The notes beneath the pieces were generated by a model. It made no database searches and was not told where the DNA came from. It saw nothing but the letters and a program-made list of their open reading frames with translations. Source: Candidatus Micrarchaeota archaeon (GTDB taxonomy: Archaea; Micrarchaeota; Micrarchaeia; Anstonellales; Anstonellaceae). From it: a stretch of DNA of 22,777 nt. Shown here piece by piece: positions 1 through 8,168 of this stretch (position 1 is its first letter; every line of letters begins with the position of its first letter). A program made the translations under genes and the position numbers. The stretch spans positions 4,215 to 26,991 of the forward strand of contig DUFS01000057.1 of NCBI GenBank assembly GCA_013331805.1. The letters are read 5' to 3'.

Positions 1-104
1 TAAGCCAATTCAGTTCCGGTATGCCCAAATAGGCATCAGCAAACATGACTCGTCCGCGCATCGCCAGCGGACAAAACTCGCGTCGTCTACTATATTGAGG
101 AGAG

Positions 105-112
105 TTTAAATA
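105..112 (-). promoter_or_regulatory. TATA box for a leftward transcript running off the window start
   Basis: TTTAAATA at 105-112 in intergenic DNA; a minus-strand ATG at 46 opens a frame (MFADAYLGIPELNWL...) that runs to the window edge. Confidence 0.45.
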
Positions 113-179
113 GCTTGCTCCGGTCCTCGCATTCTCCATGTTCTTCTAGACCGGCCCTTGCGAACGCCAAAAAACTGGC

Positions 180-512
180 CTACTTCTTCCTGCGCTTCCT
201 TCCAAGCTGCTCGCCCAGCCTCAGGGCGTATTCCTTCATCTGCCTAAGCTCCACTAGCCTGTAGCGCTCTGACATTTTCTTCACTTCCCAGGCTGCGAAG
301 AAAATCACGAAGCTGAGGATTACGAACACGCCGGAGGAGAAACCCAGGAAGTCGTCGGCTGAGGCCTGATAAATGCCGAACGCCCATGCTGCCGCGGCTA
401 TCCTGTGAAACGCTATGATGCCAGCAGCCACTGCGAGGAGGGTCCAGCCTATGGAGGCAGGGTGGTATTTGCTCCTGACCTGGAGCGAGAAATAGAATGC
501 CAGCGAGGAAAG
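180..512 (-). CDS. Small multi-pass membrane protein, apparently lacking its N-terminus
   Basis: Hydrophobic segments and a basic tail (RKRRKK). The frame stays open and membrane-protein-like upstream of the GTG at 431 (LSSLAFYFSLQVRSKYHPASIGWTLLAVAAGII) with no ATG before the in-frame stop at 558-560. The 5' boundary is approximate. Confidence 0.6.
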   Translation of the reverse strand, partial: LSSLAFYFSLQVRSKYHPASIGWTLLAVAAGIIAFHRIAAAAWAFGIYQASADDFLGFSSGVFVILSFVIFFAAWEVKKMSERYRLVELRQMKEYALRLGEQLGRKRRKK

Positions 513-838
513 GCGCGGCTGAAAAGTATCGCGGCGGCTCGATAAAATTATCCGAGTTCAAGGGCATTGTGTCATCGATCTGGATAAACCTGAACGAGAC
601 GCCCCTAAACGAATTCCTCAAATCAATAAAAAATTCGCGCAACATTGAAGACGGGCTGATGGGGAGTGAAGTTAAAATTGCGCTTTTCAAAATAAAGCGG
701 CTCAATGATGATCGCGCGATATCCCAAAAAGCCCTAATGAACGATAAAAAATTCCCGACCAAAGGAAAACCGGTTTCCCAGGCCGTTTTGGATATGAGGA
801 AAAGTAAGACGCCGTTCGATTACAAGCACAGTATCTAG
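497..838 (+). CDS. Hypothetical Lys-rich protein, possibly a C-terminal fragment
   Basis: 113-aa ORF, more AT-rich than its neighbours, with amphipathic-helix-like sequence. The stop overlaps the aspS stop (CTAG 835-838). The ATG lies inside the opposite-strand membrane ORF, with no promoter space. Confidence 0.45.
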   Translation: MPARKGAAEKYRGGSIKLSEFKGIVSSIWINLNETPLNEFLKSIKNSRNIEDGLMGSEVKIALFKIKRLNDDRAISQKALMNDKKFPTKGKPVSQAVLDMRKSKTPFDYKHSI

Positions 839-2127
839 GGCTTGACCCTTACCCTGTCCCGCGGGAAGAGCACCGCCTCGCGGATGTTGTGCAAGCCGCA
901 CACCTTCATTGTCAGCCTGTCCAATCCGATTGACCAGCCTGCGTGCGGGGGCGCCCCTACCCTGAAGGCGTTTATGTAGAATTCGAAGTCAGATGTGTTG
1001 AGCCCCCTCTTTTTCAGCTGGCTGATGAGAACTTCAGGCCTGTGCGCCCGCTGCGCGCCCGAGGCTATTTCCAATGACTCATAGTTCAGGTCGTATGCAT
1101 GGCAGATTTTCGGATTTTCCTCAGAGGGCTGCGAGTAGAATGCGCGGATGTCCGAGGGCCACTCTGTTATGAAAAAGGTCGAATAACCTAGCACTTGGGC
1201 AAGCTGCGCCTCGGTCTCCCTGGAAAAGTCATTGCCCCACTTGAATTCCCCCTTGCCTTGGTTCAATTTTTCCACAAGCCCGGTATAGGTGTGGCGAGGT
1301 ATGGAGGATGGCACAATAAGCTCGCGCTTGAGCGTTTTCAATTCCTCGTCGCACTCCTTTTTCACCTTTTTTAGGCAGTGCAGCACCACAGTCTCAAGCG
1401 CATCCACAGCTTCTTCATGAGTAATAAAGCCCATCTCAATGTCCATCTGAAGAGCCTCGTTCAGGTGCGTGAGCGTGTTGTGCTTCTCTGCCCGGAATAC
1501 CGGAACCGTCATGAAAACCTTGTCCATGCCCCCGATGACTGCCAGCTGCTTGTAGAGCTGGGGAGACTGCACTAAGTAGGCGTCCTTCTCGAAATACTGC
1601 ACCTTGAAAACGTCAGCCCCTCCCTCTGTGGCAGCTTCGACTATGGTGGGCGGGTGGATTTCCACGCAGCCCAGAAAGCGCGCAGCCTCGCGGAAAGCGC
1701 CTGCCAATTCACTTCTTATCTGAAATATTGCTGAAGCGTTCGCAGTCCTCAGATCCACGTAGCGGAAGTCCAGCCGGACGTCGAGATCCGCAGGCACCTT
1801 GCCTGTCACCTCGAAGGGGACCTTGGTGGTAATCTCATTGAGTATTTCGAATTTGGAAGGGATAAGCTCGCAGCCTGCCTCGGCAATCTTGCTTTCCGCC
1901 ACCTTCCCAGTGACAGAAACAACGGTTTCCTTGGGAACGGACATTGCGCCAAGCACTGCGTCTTCGGCAACTCCCTTCTTTGCAGTCACCTGGATGATGC
2001 CGGTCCTGTCTCGGACCTGGACGAACTTGAGCTTGCCCAGGTCGCGAACCTCGTGCACCCAGCCAGCGATGCTGACCTCCTTTCCGATCAGCCTTTTCGC
2101 ATCCGATACGTAATGTGTCCTGTACAT
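835..2127 (-). CDS. aspS: Aspartyl-tRNA synthetase, archaeal type, probably non-discriminating (Asp/Asn)
   Basis: OB-fold start MYRTHY...AGWVHEVRDLG; LVQSPQLYKQ; motif 2 FRAEKHNT; motif 3 PPHAGWSIGLDRL; C-terminal FPRD. ATG at 2127 (alternative GTG 2136). Confidence 0.96.
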   Translation of the reverse strand: MYRTHYVSDAKRLIGKEVSIAGWVHEVRDLGKLKFVQVRDRTGIIQVTAKKGVAEDAVLGAMSVPKETVVSVTGKVAESKIAEAGCELIPSKFEILNEITTKVPFEVTGKVPADLDVRLDFRYVDLRTANASAIFQIRSELAGAFREAARFLGCVEIHPPTIVEAATEGGADVFKVQYFEKDAYLVQSPQLYKQLAVIGGMDKVFMTVPVFRAEKHNTLTHLNEALQMDIEMGFITHEEAVDALETVVLHCLKKVKKECDEELKTLKRELIVPSSIPRHTYTGLVEKLNQGKGEFKWGNDFSRETEAQLAQVLGYSTFFITEWPSDIRAFYSQPSEENPKICHAYDLNYESLEIASGAQRAHRPEVLISQLKKRGLNTSDFEFYINAFRVGAPPHAGWSIGLDRLTMKVCGLHNIREAVLFPRDRVRVKP

Positions 2128-2167
2128 TTTTCGCACCAGTAAGAATTTCCCGCAATCAATTATATTT

Positions 2168-2224
2168 GTAGTGGGATCCGCTTGCGTTCATCCCACTGCG
2201 GACAAATTTTTCCGCAAATTGTCC
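2168..2224. repeat. Intergenic inverted repeats (hairpins)
   Basis: AGTGGGAT 2170-2177 / ATCCCACT 2190-2197; TGCGGA 2197-2202 / TCCGCA 2211-2216; GGACAA 2200-2205 / TTGTCC 2219-2224. Confidence 0.7.
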
Positions 2225-2226
2225 TC

Positions 2227-2724
2227 CTATTCGAAGACCAGCTGCACTTCCTCCTCCAGAAGCGACCGAAGCGCCTTCTCGAGCGTGGGTATGTCGATCG
2301 GAAGGTGGGCAAGATCGTGCTTTGAAATCCTGACCTTGGTCATTTCCTTGCCATCGTGGAACACGTGGTTTATGCCAAGCAGCCTCGCGGGCATGATGAC
2401 GTCGGCAACCGACTTTTTCACATCGCCTTTTATCTCGGCAATCCTCACCTTCTTCCCAAGCGCAGAGGAAAGCTCAGCCACAATCTTGCCCTGCTTGCCT
2501 ATAAGAAGGCCTGCCTCGCCCCTTGTCAATATGAGAACCGCCCTTCCAAGGTCCAGCGCCTTGTGGAATTCCGCATCCGATATGTTGTAGCGCTCGTTTA
2601 TCTTGTGCAGTATCTGCGCGACTTCGAAGTCCAGCTCGGTTATTTTGCCCTCTGAGAGCCTTTTTTTCGACTCATCAGAGAGTGCTCCCGCTTTGACTTC
2701 ATCATCAGGTATTGGAGTTTTCAT
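2227..2724 (-). CDS. Archaeal NusA-like KH-domain protein (NusA2-type paralogue)
   Basis: KH GxxG loop GLLIGKQGKIVAELSSALGKKVRIAE; GKITELDFEV and PARLLGINHVF segments are typical of the family. ATG at 2724. Confidence 0.82.
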   Translation of the reverse strand: MKTPIPDDEVKAGALSDESKKRLSEGKITELDFEVAQILHKINERYNISDAEFHKALDLGRAVLILTRGEAGLLIGKQGKIVAELSSALGKKVRIAEIKGDVKKSVADVIMPARLLGINHVFHDGKEMTKVRISKHDLAHLPIDIPTLEKALRSLLEEEVQLVFE

Positions 2725-2765
2725 CCCGTGCACCTTCCTTGGTGACAGAAAGCAGGGGGAGAAAA

Positions 2766-3089
2766 CTATCTTAGGAGCCTGATTTCGATTACCGACACTT
2801 TCGTTTTGGAGCCGTCCTCTGAGTCGAGCTCCTCTGTCTTGATAAGTATGTTGTCCACCTTAACGCCAGGCAGGAACCGGTTGCGGACTATTTCAGCCAC
2901 GTCAACAGCCCTGGAAATCGCCTTTCCCCGGGCCTTTATGTACACGTCCGGAGTGCCCCCGTTGAACTGCGTGACCACGGCAAGAACATAGCCCATGACC
3001 GACTTTTTCCCGATGTAAATGACATTCGCGTCCTTCCGCTCGGCCCTTTCCTGCGGCTGAGGGGCTGGTGCGCTTGCGATTTCGTCCAT
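2766..3089 (-). CDS. albA: DNA/RNA-binding protein Alba
   Basis: [38 protein letters not shown] and VSVIEIRL are Alba signatures; GGGGTG RBS upstream. Confidence 0.97.
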   Translation of the reverse strand: MDEIASAPAPQPQERAERKDANVIYIGKKSVMGYVLAVVTQFNGGTPDVYIKARGKAISRAVDVAEIVRNRFLPGVKVDNILIKTEELDSEDGSKTKVSVIEIRLLR

Positions 3090-3107
3090 GGTAGCACCCC
3101 TTGTTTT

Positions 3108-4076
3108 TTATGCCTGTTTCCTTCCCCTGCGATAGTCTGTCACCATTTTTTCAAGGTCAACGTTAGGGCTGCCCAACCTATTTAAATCATCGTTTTCCCG
3201 GTGCAAGCGCTCGGCCTTCCCTTCTTCCTTTTTCTGCGTCGCAACAGCCGCGGCTTTGCGACCTGAGGATTTTGACGAGCCTGCAGGCGAGTCAAAAGCT
3301 GGTGCTCCCGCAGGAGCACTGGAGAGCGCACTCCCCTCGGCAGGTTTCCTGCCCGGCTGCAGCCTCTGAAGGGCCTGCTGCAGCCTGAAGCGCAGCTTGC
3401 GAAGCTCGGAGTCGTGCAACAAAGACTGCCTGGCTCCGTTTTCGAGCAGGCGGATCCTGTCTTGCAGCTGCGCACGTTCATTTTCCAGCTTGCCCATCAT
3501 CAGCTTCAGGTTGGCATTCTCCCGGGCAAGAAATGACACTCTTGCCTTCAAATCGTCTATGGAAACTTTCTGCGCTTCTGTTCTTTTATGCTCCTTTTTC
3601 TCGGGCTTTTCCTCAGGCTCTCGAAGTTCCAGGAATGCGTCCTTGATCCGGTAGCCCTTGAGCATGAGATGCTGCAGCCTCTCCTTTTCCCCTTCGCTGA
3701 GGTCAGGAAATGCAGCTATCTGGCGCAATTTGTTCGCGTGCGCGCGAAAGGCGAACACCGCAGAGGAATAGGCATCGCGCTCGTGGTTGTTTTTTGTTCC
3801 AACGCCAGATGCCACAATCCTTTTTTCCTCTTCCATTATTCCCCTGTTCGGCACAAAGAGCCTGCAGGAAAAGTAGGAGGCAATCTTCTGTGCCGCTTCA
3901 GGCGCAGGGGAAACGTCGCAAGCAACAAGCGAGGGCGTTCCGTGCCTTTCGATTATTCGCACAGCTTCGGAAAAGCCCGCATCCGTTGAATGCAGCGAAA
4001 GCTTCCTTCCTGAAAGTGAGAGTATGGCTATGCCGTAAGTGTTCCCTGGGTCGATGCCGGCGATGATGTATTGCAC
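3108..4076 (-). CDS. DUF460-family protein (RNase H-like N-terminus plus coiled coil; COG2433-like)
   Basis: IIAGIDPGNTYGIAILSLSG, GTPSLVACDV, NNHERDA, then a heptad coiled coil. GTG at 4076 follows a GGAGG RBS at 4081-4085 (alternative ATG 4091). Confidence 0.85.
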   Translation of the reverse strand: MQYIIAGIDPGNTYGIAILSLSGRKLSLHSTDAGFSEAVRIIERHGTPSLVACDVSPAPEAAQKIASYFSCRLFVPNRGIMEEEKRIVASGVGTKNNHERDAYSSAVFAFRAHANKLRQIAAFPDLSEGEKERLQHLMLKGYRIKDAFLELREPEEKPEKKEHKRTEAQKVSIDDLKARVSFLARENANLKLMMGKLENERAQLQDRIRLLENGARQSLLHDSELRKLRFRLQQALQRLQPGRKPAEGSALSSAPAGAPAFDSPAGSSKSSGRKAAAVATQKKEEGKAERLHRENDDLNRLGSPNVDLEKMVTDYRRGRKQA

Positions 4077-4161
4077 AAGACCTCCTTGCATTGATTTTCA
4101 TCAAAAGTAAGAAAAATGCATGGCTTTGGATTAAAAACCCTTCTAACCACATCCTGCAACC

Positions 4162-4932
4162 ATGTCAAATGACAAGCGCCTAACAGCAACCGTAGTAGGT
4201 GCAAACGGGAACATGGGCTCCATAATATGCATAAGACTGGAAAAGAAACCTAACCGGCTCGTGATATACGGCGTCGTGAACCAGAACGAGGACAGGGTGC
4301 CGAGCTCAGTGAGGAACGGAAAGTTCAGAGTGACAAATGACATTAAAACCGCACTGCACGATTCAAAAATAGTCCTTTTTGCCCTGCACCCGGAAAACCT
4401 TCAGAAATGCCTCATGGAAAACAGGGAATTGCTTGAAGGCAGAGTCGTTCTCTCCTCGGATTCAAAGTATACGGTAAATCAGCTGGAAAACATGTCAGGC
4501 ACCGCATCTGGCAAGTTCGTGCCAAGCCCTGCCATTATGACGCCTTTCAGCATCATACCAGTCTGCTATTCCACAAACATGACAAAACTGAAAATCAAGC
4601 TCTCCGAGCGGGTGCTTTCAAGCCTTGGCAAGGTGATTCGGGTGGCCGAGAAAGGGTTGCCTGGGTGCCTTGCGCATAGCATGGACATAGTGCTCACCTA
4701 TGCCAGAATTATCGAGCTTCGGAAGAAAGACGGTTTGAATCCAAATGTGTCTGATGAGCTTACGATAAACAACTTGAAGGCAGCGGCTTACTTAAGCGAA
4801 CGCTTTTCCTGGGAAGAGCCGATAAAATACACCGTGACCCCAGGGAGCACGGCTGAAGAGGTCATCAAAAAGCTTAAATTTGGCTGGCAGGGCGAAGTTG
4901 TCATGCGAGAAGTGAAGAGAAAAAGCCATTGA
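4162..4932 (+). CDS. Divergent pyrroline-5-carboxylate reductase (ProC)-like NAD(P)-binding protein
   Basis: Rossmann start VVGANGNMGSII; IVLFALHP (cf. ProC IxLAVKP); VLSSLGKV; C-terminal VTPGSTA (cf. SPGGTT); ProC-like length. TTAAAAA at 4131-4137. Confidence 0.68.
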   Translation: MSNDKRLTATVVGANGNMGSIICIRLEKKPNRLVIYGVVNQNEDRVPSSVRNGKFRVTNDIKTALHDSKIVLFALHPENLQKCLMENRELLEGRVVLSSDSKYTVNQLENMSGTASGKFVPSPAIMTPFSIIPVCYSTNMTKLKIKLSERVLSSLGKVIRVAEKGLPGCLAHSMDIVLTYARIIELRKKDGLNPNVSDELTINNLKAAAYLSERFSWEEPIKYTVTPGSTAEEVIKKLKFGWQGEVVMREVKRKSH

Positions 4933-4954
4933 TTCGTTCCGCCTAAAAACGACT

Positions 4955-6190
4955 TCACTCCAGCTTCTTTTTGGTTATCGCCTGGTGCAGTATGACGTGC
5001 GTCTTCCTTTCGACGTTCTCGTGGACAACAACGCCGGCGTCCACCCAGCAGCCGTCCCCGATTATCTTGCCCGGCATTACTGAGGAGAGCACGCCCATTT
5101 TCACTCCGTCGCCTATTATCGCGCCGAGCTTGTTCCTTTTGGTGTCTATGGTGACGTCGTTCACAACCGCATGGATGTTTCCCGCGTCAAAGCGGTAGTT
5201 CGCTATCTGCGTGGCAGCGCCGAAGTTGCAGCCCGAGCCGATTATGGAGTCGCCGATGTAGGTCAGGTGCTTGGCATTCACGTGGTCGAATATTATGCTG
5301 TTCTTTATGGTGGTCGAGTCGCCTATTCCGCAGTCCTTGCCTATTGAAGTCGTGCCGCGTATGTAGGCGTGCGGGCCAACGTAGCTCCCCTCCCCGATGT
5401 AGACGTTGCCCTCGATGACCGAGTCGTGCATCTCTGCGTCCTTCTCCATGACTATCTTCCCCCGGATCGTGCAGTTTTCCACCCTGTCGCGGTTGTCCGG
5501 AAGCTTGGAGAGCAGAAATTCGTTTGCCGAGAAAAGCTGCCAGGGCATCCCCATGTCCAGCCAGTAGTCGGATATTTCCACCGCGGTAGCGCCCTTGAGA
5601 ACGTCGATTATCTCGTACTCCCCGCGGAGACTTTTTTTGATGTTTTTGATTTTCCGGAAAACAGAAGGCTCGAAAACGTACAATGAGCAGTTGGCAAGGT
5701 TGCTTTTGGGCTTCTGCGCCTTTTCCTCGAAAGCTGAAATCTTCCCTGACTTGACAATCGCAGTGCCGTACTCCCTCGCATCTTCAACCGCATGAAGGGC
5801 GGCTGTCACCTCGCCCTGCGACCGCTCGGCAAGCTTTTTGAGCGCGGATGCCTCTGTGATGATGTCGCCCGCCACGCCGAAGAATGTTTCTGTTGCAAAC
5901 CCCTCGGCATACCCGAAAGCCGCTGCAGTCCCGTACCTCTCCCCCTGGTCGATAAAAGCCAGCTTCATGCCTTCGACCGGGTTTGCCTTGAAGTAGTCTG
6001 TGATCGCCTCTTTCTTGTACTTCACCACAACAGCGGCTTCGTTCACTCCCGCGACTTTCAGGTTCTCAAGAACGAGCCGAAGTATGGGCTTCCCGGCAAG
6101 CTGTATCATGCACTTGGGCCTGGTATAGGTGAGCGGCCGCAGCCTCTTCCCCTCCCCGGCTGCGAGCACAACCGCCTTTCTTATAGCCAT
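4955..6190 (-). CDS. glmU: Bifunctional sugar-1-phosphate nucleotidylyltransferase/acetyltransferase (archaeal GlmU)
   Basis: KAVVLAAGEGKRLRPLTYTRPK; RGEYEI; WLDMGMPWQL; hexapeptide beta-helix with HLTYIGDSIIG and NFGAATQIAN. ATG at 6190. Confidence 0.92.
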   Translation of the reverse strand: MAIRKAVVLAAGEGKRLRPLTYTRPKCMIQLAGKPILRLVLENLKVAGVNEAAVVVKYKKEAITDYFKANPVEGMKLAFIDQGERYGTAAAFGYAEGFATETFFGVAGDIITEASALKKLAERSQGEVTAALHAVEDAREYGTAIVKSGKISAFEEKAQKPKSNLANCSLYVFEPSVFRKIKNIKKSLRGEYEIIDVLKGATAVEISDYWLDMGMPWQLFSANEFLLSKLPDNRDRVENCTIRGKIVMEKDAEMHDSVIEGNVYIGEGSYVGPHAYIRGTTSIGKDCGIGDSTTIKNSIIFDHVNAKHLTYIGDSIIGSGCNFGAATQIANYRFDAGNIHAVVNDVTIDTKRNKLGAIIGDGVKMGVLSSVMPGKIIGDGCWVDAGVVVHENVERKTHVILHQAITKKKLE

Positions 6191-6207
6191 ATTGGAATTA
6201 GAGGGAA

Positions 6208-6651
6208 TTGAGTTTATTAAGTTTGTTTGCGACCGCTTTCCTTGCCTATAATTCACTGCCCGCAATAACAAGCGCTCTGCAGGCAAAAACGCCCGGAGAA
6301 TTGTTCTCTGGGCTGGTTGACGCGCTTTCCACCGCCCTGATAGCCTTCTTAGGCGCCATCCTGGTGATGTGGGTCATGGGATTCTTTTTCTCTGCGCTCT
6401 GGATGTACTACGCGATGGACAGGAACGGCTTTTTCGATTCGCTATCAAAGTCGTTTTCGCTTGTTTCGTCCAACATACTCGAGTTCCTGATAGTGGGCAT
6501 AATTTTCGGGCTGCTCATGCTTGGCGGATGGGCCCTTGCCGTGGCATGCTGCTGCTTTGCCTGGGTAATCTCGCCTGTCCTGGACGTCTTCCTCACTGTC
6601 CTTTACGGGATAACATTGATGAAAATGAAGCTTGCGCTTGAGAAAAAGTAG
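6208..6651 (+). CDS. Multi-pass membrane protein, probably 5'-truncated
   Basis: About 3-4 hydrophobic helices with GFFDSLSKSFSLV linker and CCC motif. The TTG start is only 17 bp from the divergent glmU ATG and the first codons overlap the glmU TATA box. Confidence 0.65.
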   Translation: MSLLSLFATAFLAYNSLPAITSALQAKTPGELFSGLVDALSTALIAFLGAILVMWVMGFFFSALWMYYAMDRNGFFDSLSKSFSLVSSNILEFLIVGIIFGLLMLGGWALAVACCCFAWVISPVLDVFLTVLYGITLMKMKLALEKK

Positions 6652-7428
6652 CTAAGGGCGGGATTTGGGCCTCTTGGCGAGAAGATCGTAGATTCCAAAA
6701 CTGAGCCTTCCCGAATTTTCAAGCTCAGGCACTATTCGTTCAAGAAGCTGCGCCTTGATCTGCAGGTACTTTTCCTTCCCCACTACCCTGTTCCCTATTG
6801 CGTACCGCTTGCTTTTTGTGTTGAAGCAGAACATGCAGCTGTCCAGATTCTCAACGTTGTGGCAGAAATAGCTGTCGTTGCAGTTTTTTGCCCCGTCTAT
6901 CTCAAAGCAGCGCTGCACGTAGTAGGCATTGTATATGTGCATGGAAAAGCTGGAATTTATCACCCTGTGCGCACCGAAAAGCGATTCGGATTCCATTATG
7001 GAAAAAACGTGGCTGCAGTTCTTGGAAGTCCAGGGGTCGAACGACTCGCGCACATTTATGCAGTCCAGTGTGGAAAATGCGTTTTCGACGTCGATATTCT
7101 TGCCTTCAGAGTAGGTGGGCACGAAATATGCGAAATCCTTCAGTCTCGATGCGATGGATGAAATGGATTCGACATCGCTGATTTTTCCTATTGTTTTCCC
7201 TGCAGCAATCGGTGCGTCCTCGTCCGATGCCACTTTTTTTTCAGGCACTTTTGAAAAAAATCCGTAATCCGGCACATAGGCAGTGCCATGCCCAAAGCAG
7301 GAGGGAACGCTTTTCCCCCCAGGCACGCTCTGGGAAAGCCACTTGCAGTATTTTTTCCAGGGTGAAAGCGGCTTTCCGAACAGGAGCTTTGTGACCTGCG
7401 CAAATGCGGTGTCCATTTTATCAGCCAT
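6652..7428 (-). CDS. Cys/Ser-rich repeat protein of unknown function, paralogue 2
   Basis: RCFEIDGAKNCNDSYFCHNVENLDSCMFCFNTKSKRYAIGN...KEKY; 9 Cys. ATG at 7428 overlaps the upstream TGA (TGATG). Confidence 0.85.
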   Translation of the reverse strand: MADKMDTAFAQVTKLLFGKPLSPWKKYCKWLSQSVPGGKSVPSCFGHGTAYVPDYGFFSKVPEKKVASDEDAPIAAGKTIGKISDVESISSIASRLKDFAYFVPTYSEGKNIDVENAFSTLDCINVRESFDPWTSKNCSHVFSIMESESLFGAHRVINSSFSMHIYNAYYVQRCFEIDGAKNCNDSYFCHNVENLDSCMFCFNTKSKRYAIGNRVVGKEKYLQIKAQLLERIVPELENSGRLSFGIYDLLAKRPKSRP

Positions 7429-8168
7429 CAGCATGCACCCTTTTCCAGGAGATCGAATACCGAGGGAAACGACTTCTTGTCTTTCAGAACCTCGGCAATT
7501 TCGGAAGTGAGCTTCCTTTTCAGCTGCAGGTATTTTCCCTTTTCAAGCTCCAGGTTGCCTATCATGTGGCGCTTGGAGCTTTGGTTAAAGGAAAACATCG
7601 CTTCAGTGCAGTTCCTGCAGTTGAAGCAGCAGTAAAGGTCGCTTGAGTGGAAGCAGAGATATGCGTCAAAGCAGCGCTTGGAATAGAAAAAGACCTGCGA
7701 GTGGATGGAGAACCCCACTTCGCCCCCGAGCTGGCATCCGAAAATCCCCTCGCTCTTGCGGACGCCGTTGGAATATGCCACATGCTTGGAGGAAATCACG
7801 TTTTGCGAGGAGAGTATGTCCAGGCTGTCGCTGCACATGTCGCTTTCAAACACATCAATGGAAGTCCCGAGATTCTTGTTCCCGCAATAGGCAAGCTCCT
7901 GCGGAAGAGCGGAAAGAACCGAATCAATGTCCTTTACCTCATTTATGGAAAGCGCAGATTGCCGATCTGAAGCCTCGTTGACTTCGATGAATCTTGCCGA
8001 CGTTGCATAGGGGCGGGAAAGGTACACTTTCTTGCCAGAAAGATGCGAGGCAGCCTGCCTGGGCTGGTCCACCATCTCTTTCAGGTATTGCGCAAAATCC
8101 GATAGCTCGCCTATGGGCTGCCCGAACAGCACCTGGCAGGTTGAGCTGAATGCCTTTTCTATGTCCAT
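7428..8168 (-). CDS. Cys/Ser-rich repeat protein of unknown function, paralogue 1
   Basis: RCFDAYLCFHSSDLYCCFNCRNCTEAMFSFNQSSKRHMIGN...KGKY; 11 Cys. N-terminus (KAFSSTCQVLFGQP) aligns with paralogue 2 (TAFAQVTKLLFGKP). Confidence 0.85.
   Translation of the reverse strand: MDIEKAFSSTCQVLFGQPIGELSDFAQYLKEMVDQPRQAASHLSGKKVYLSRPYATSARFIEVNEASDRQSALSINEVKDIDSVLSALPQELAYCGNKNLGTSIDVFESDMCSDSLDILSSQNVISSKHVAYSNGVRKSEGIFGCQLGGEVGFSIHSQVFFYSKRCFDAYLCFHSSDLYCCFNCRNCTEAMFSFNQSSKRHMIGNLELEKGKYLQLKRKLTSEIAEVLKDKKSFPSVFDLLEKGAC

Noticed and set aside
28..68. Fluoride-riboswitch-like words GGCGATG...GCTGATG on the minus strand
   Set aside because: The complementary P1 and pseudoknot segments are missing.
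120..154. CCGGTC/GACCGG inverted repeat
   Set aside because: A 6-bp stem with a 23-nt loop is within chance expectation.
244..762. 172-aa minus-strand ORF
   Set aside because: Reads as a shadow of the two overlapping, more protein-like frames; no recognisable motifs.
6652..8168. Ferredoxin, multiheme cytochrome or one frameshifted gene
   Set aside because: No canonical CxxCxxCxxxCP and no CxxCH motifs; each ORF has its own homologous N- and C-terminus, and the TGATG overlap is normal translational coupling.
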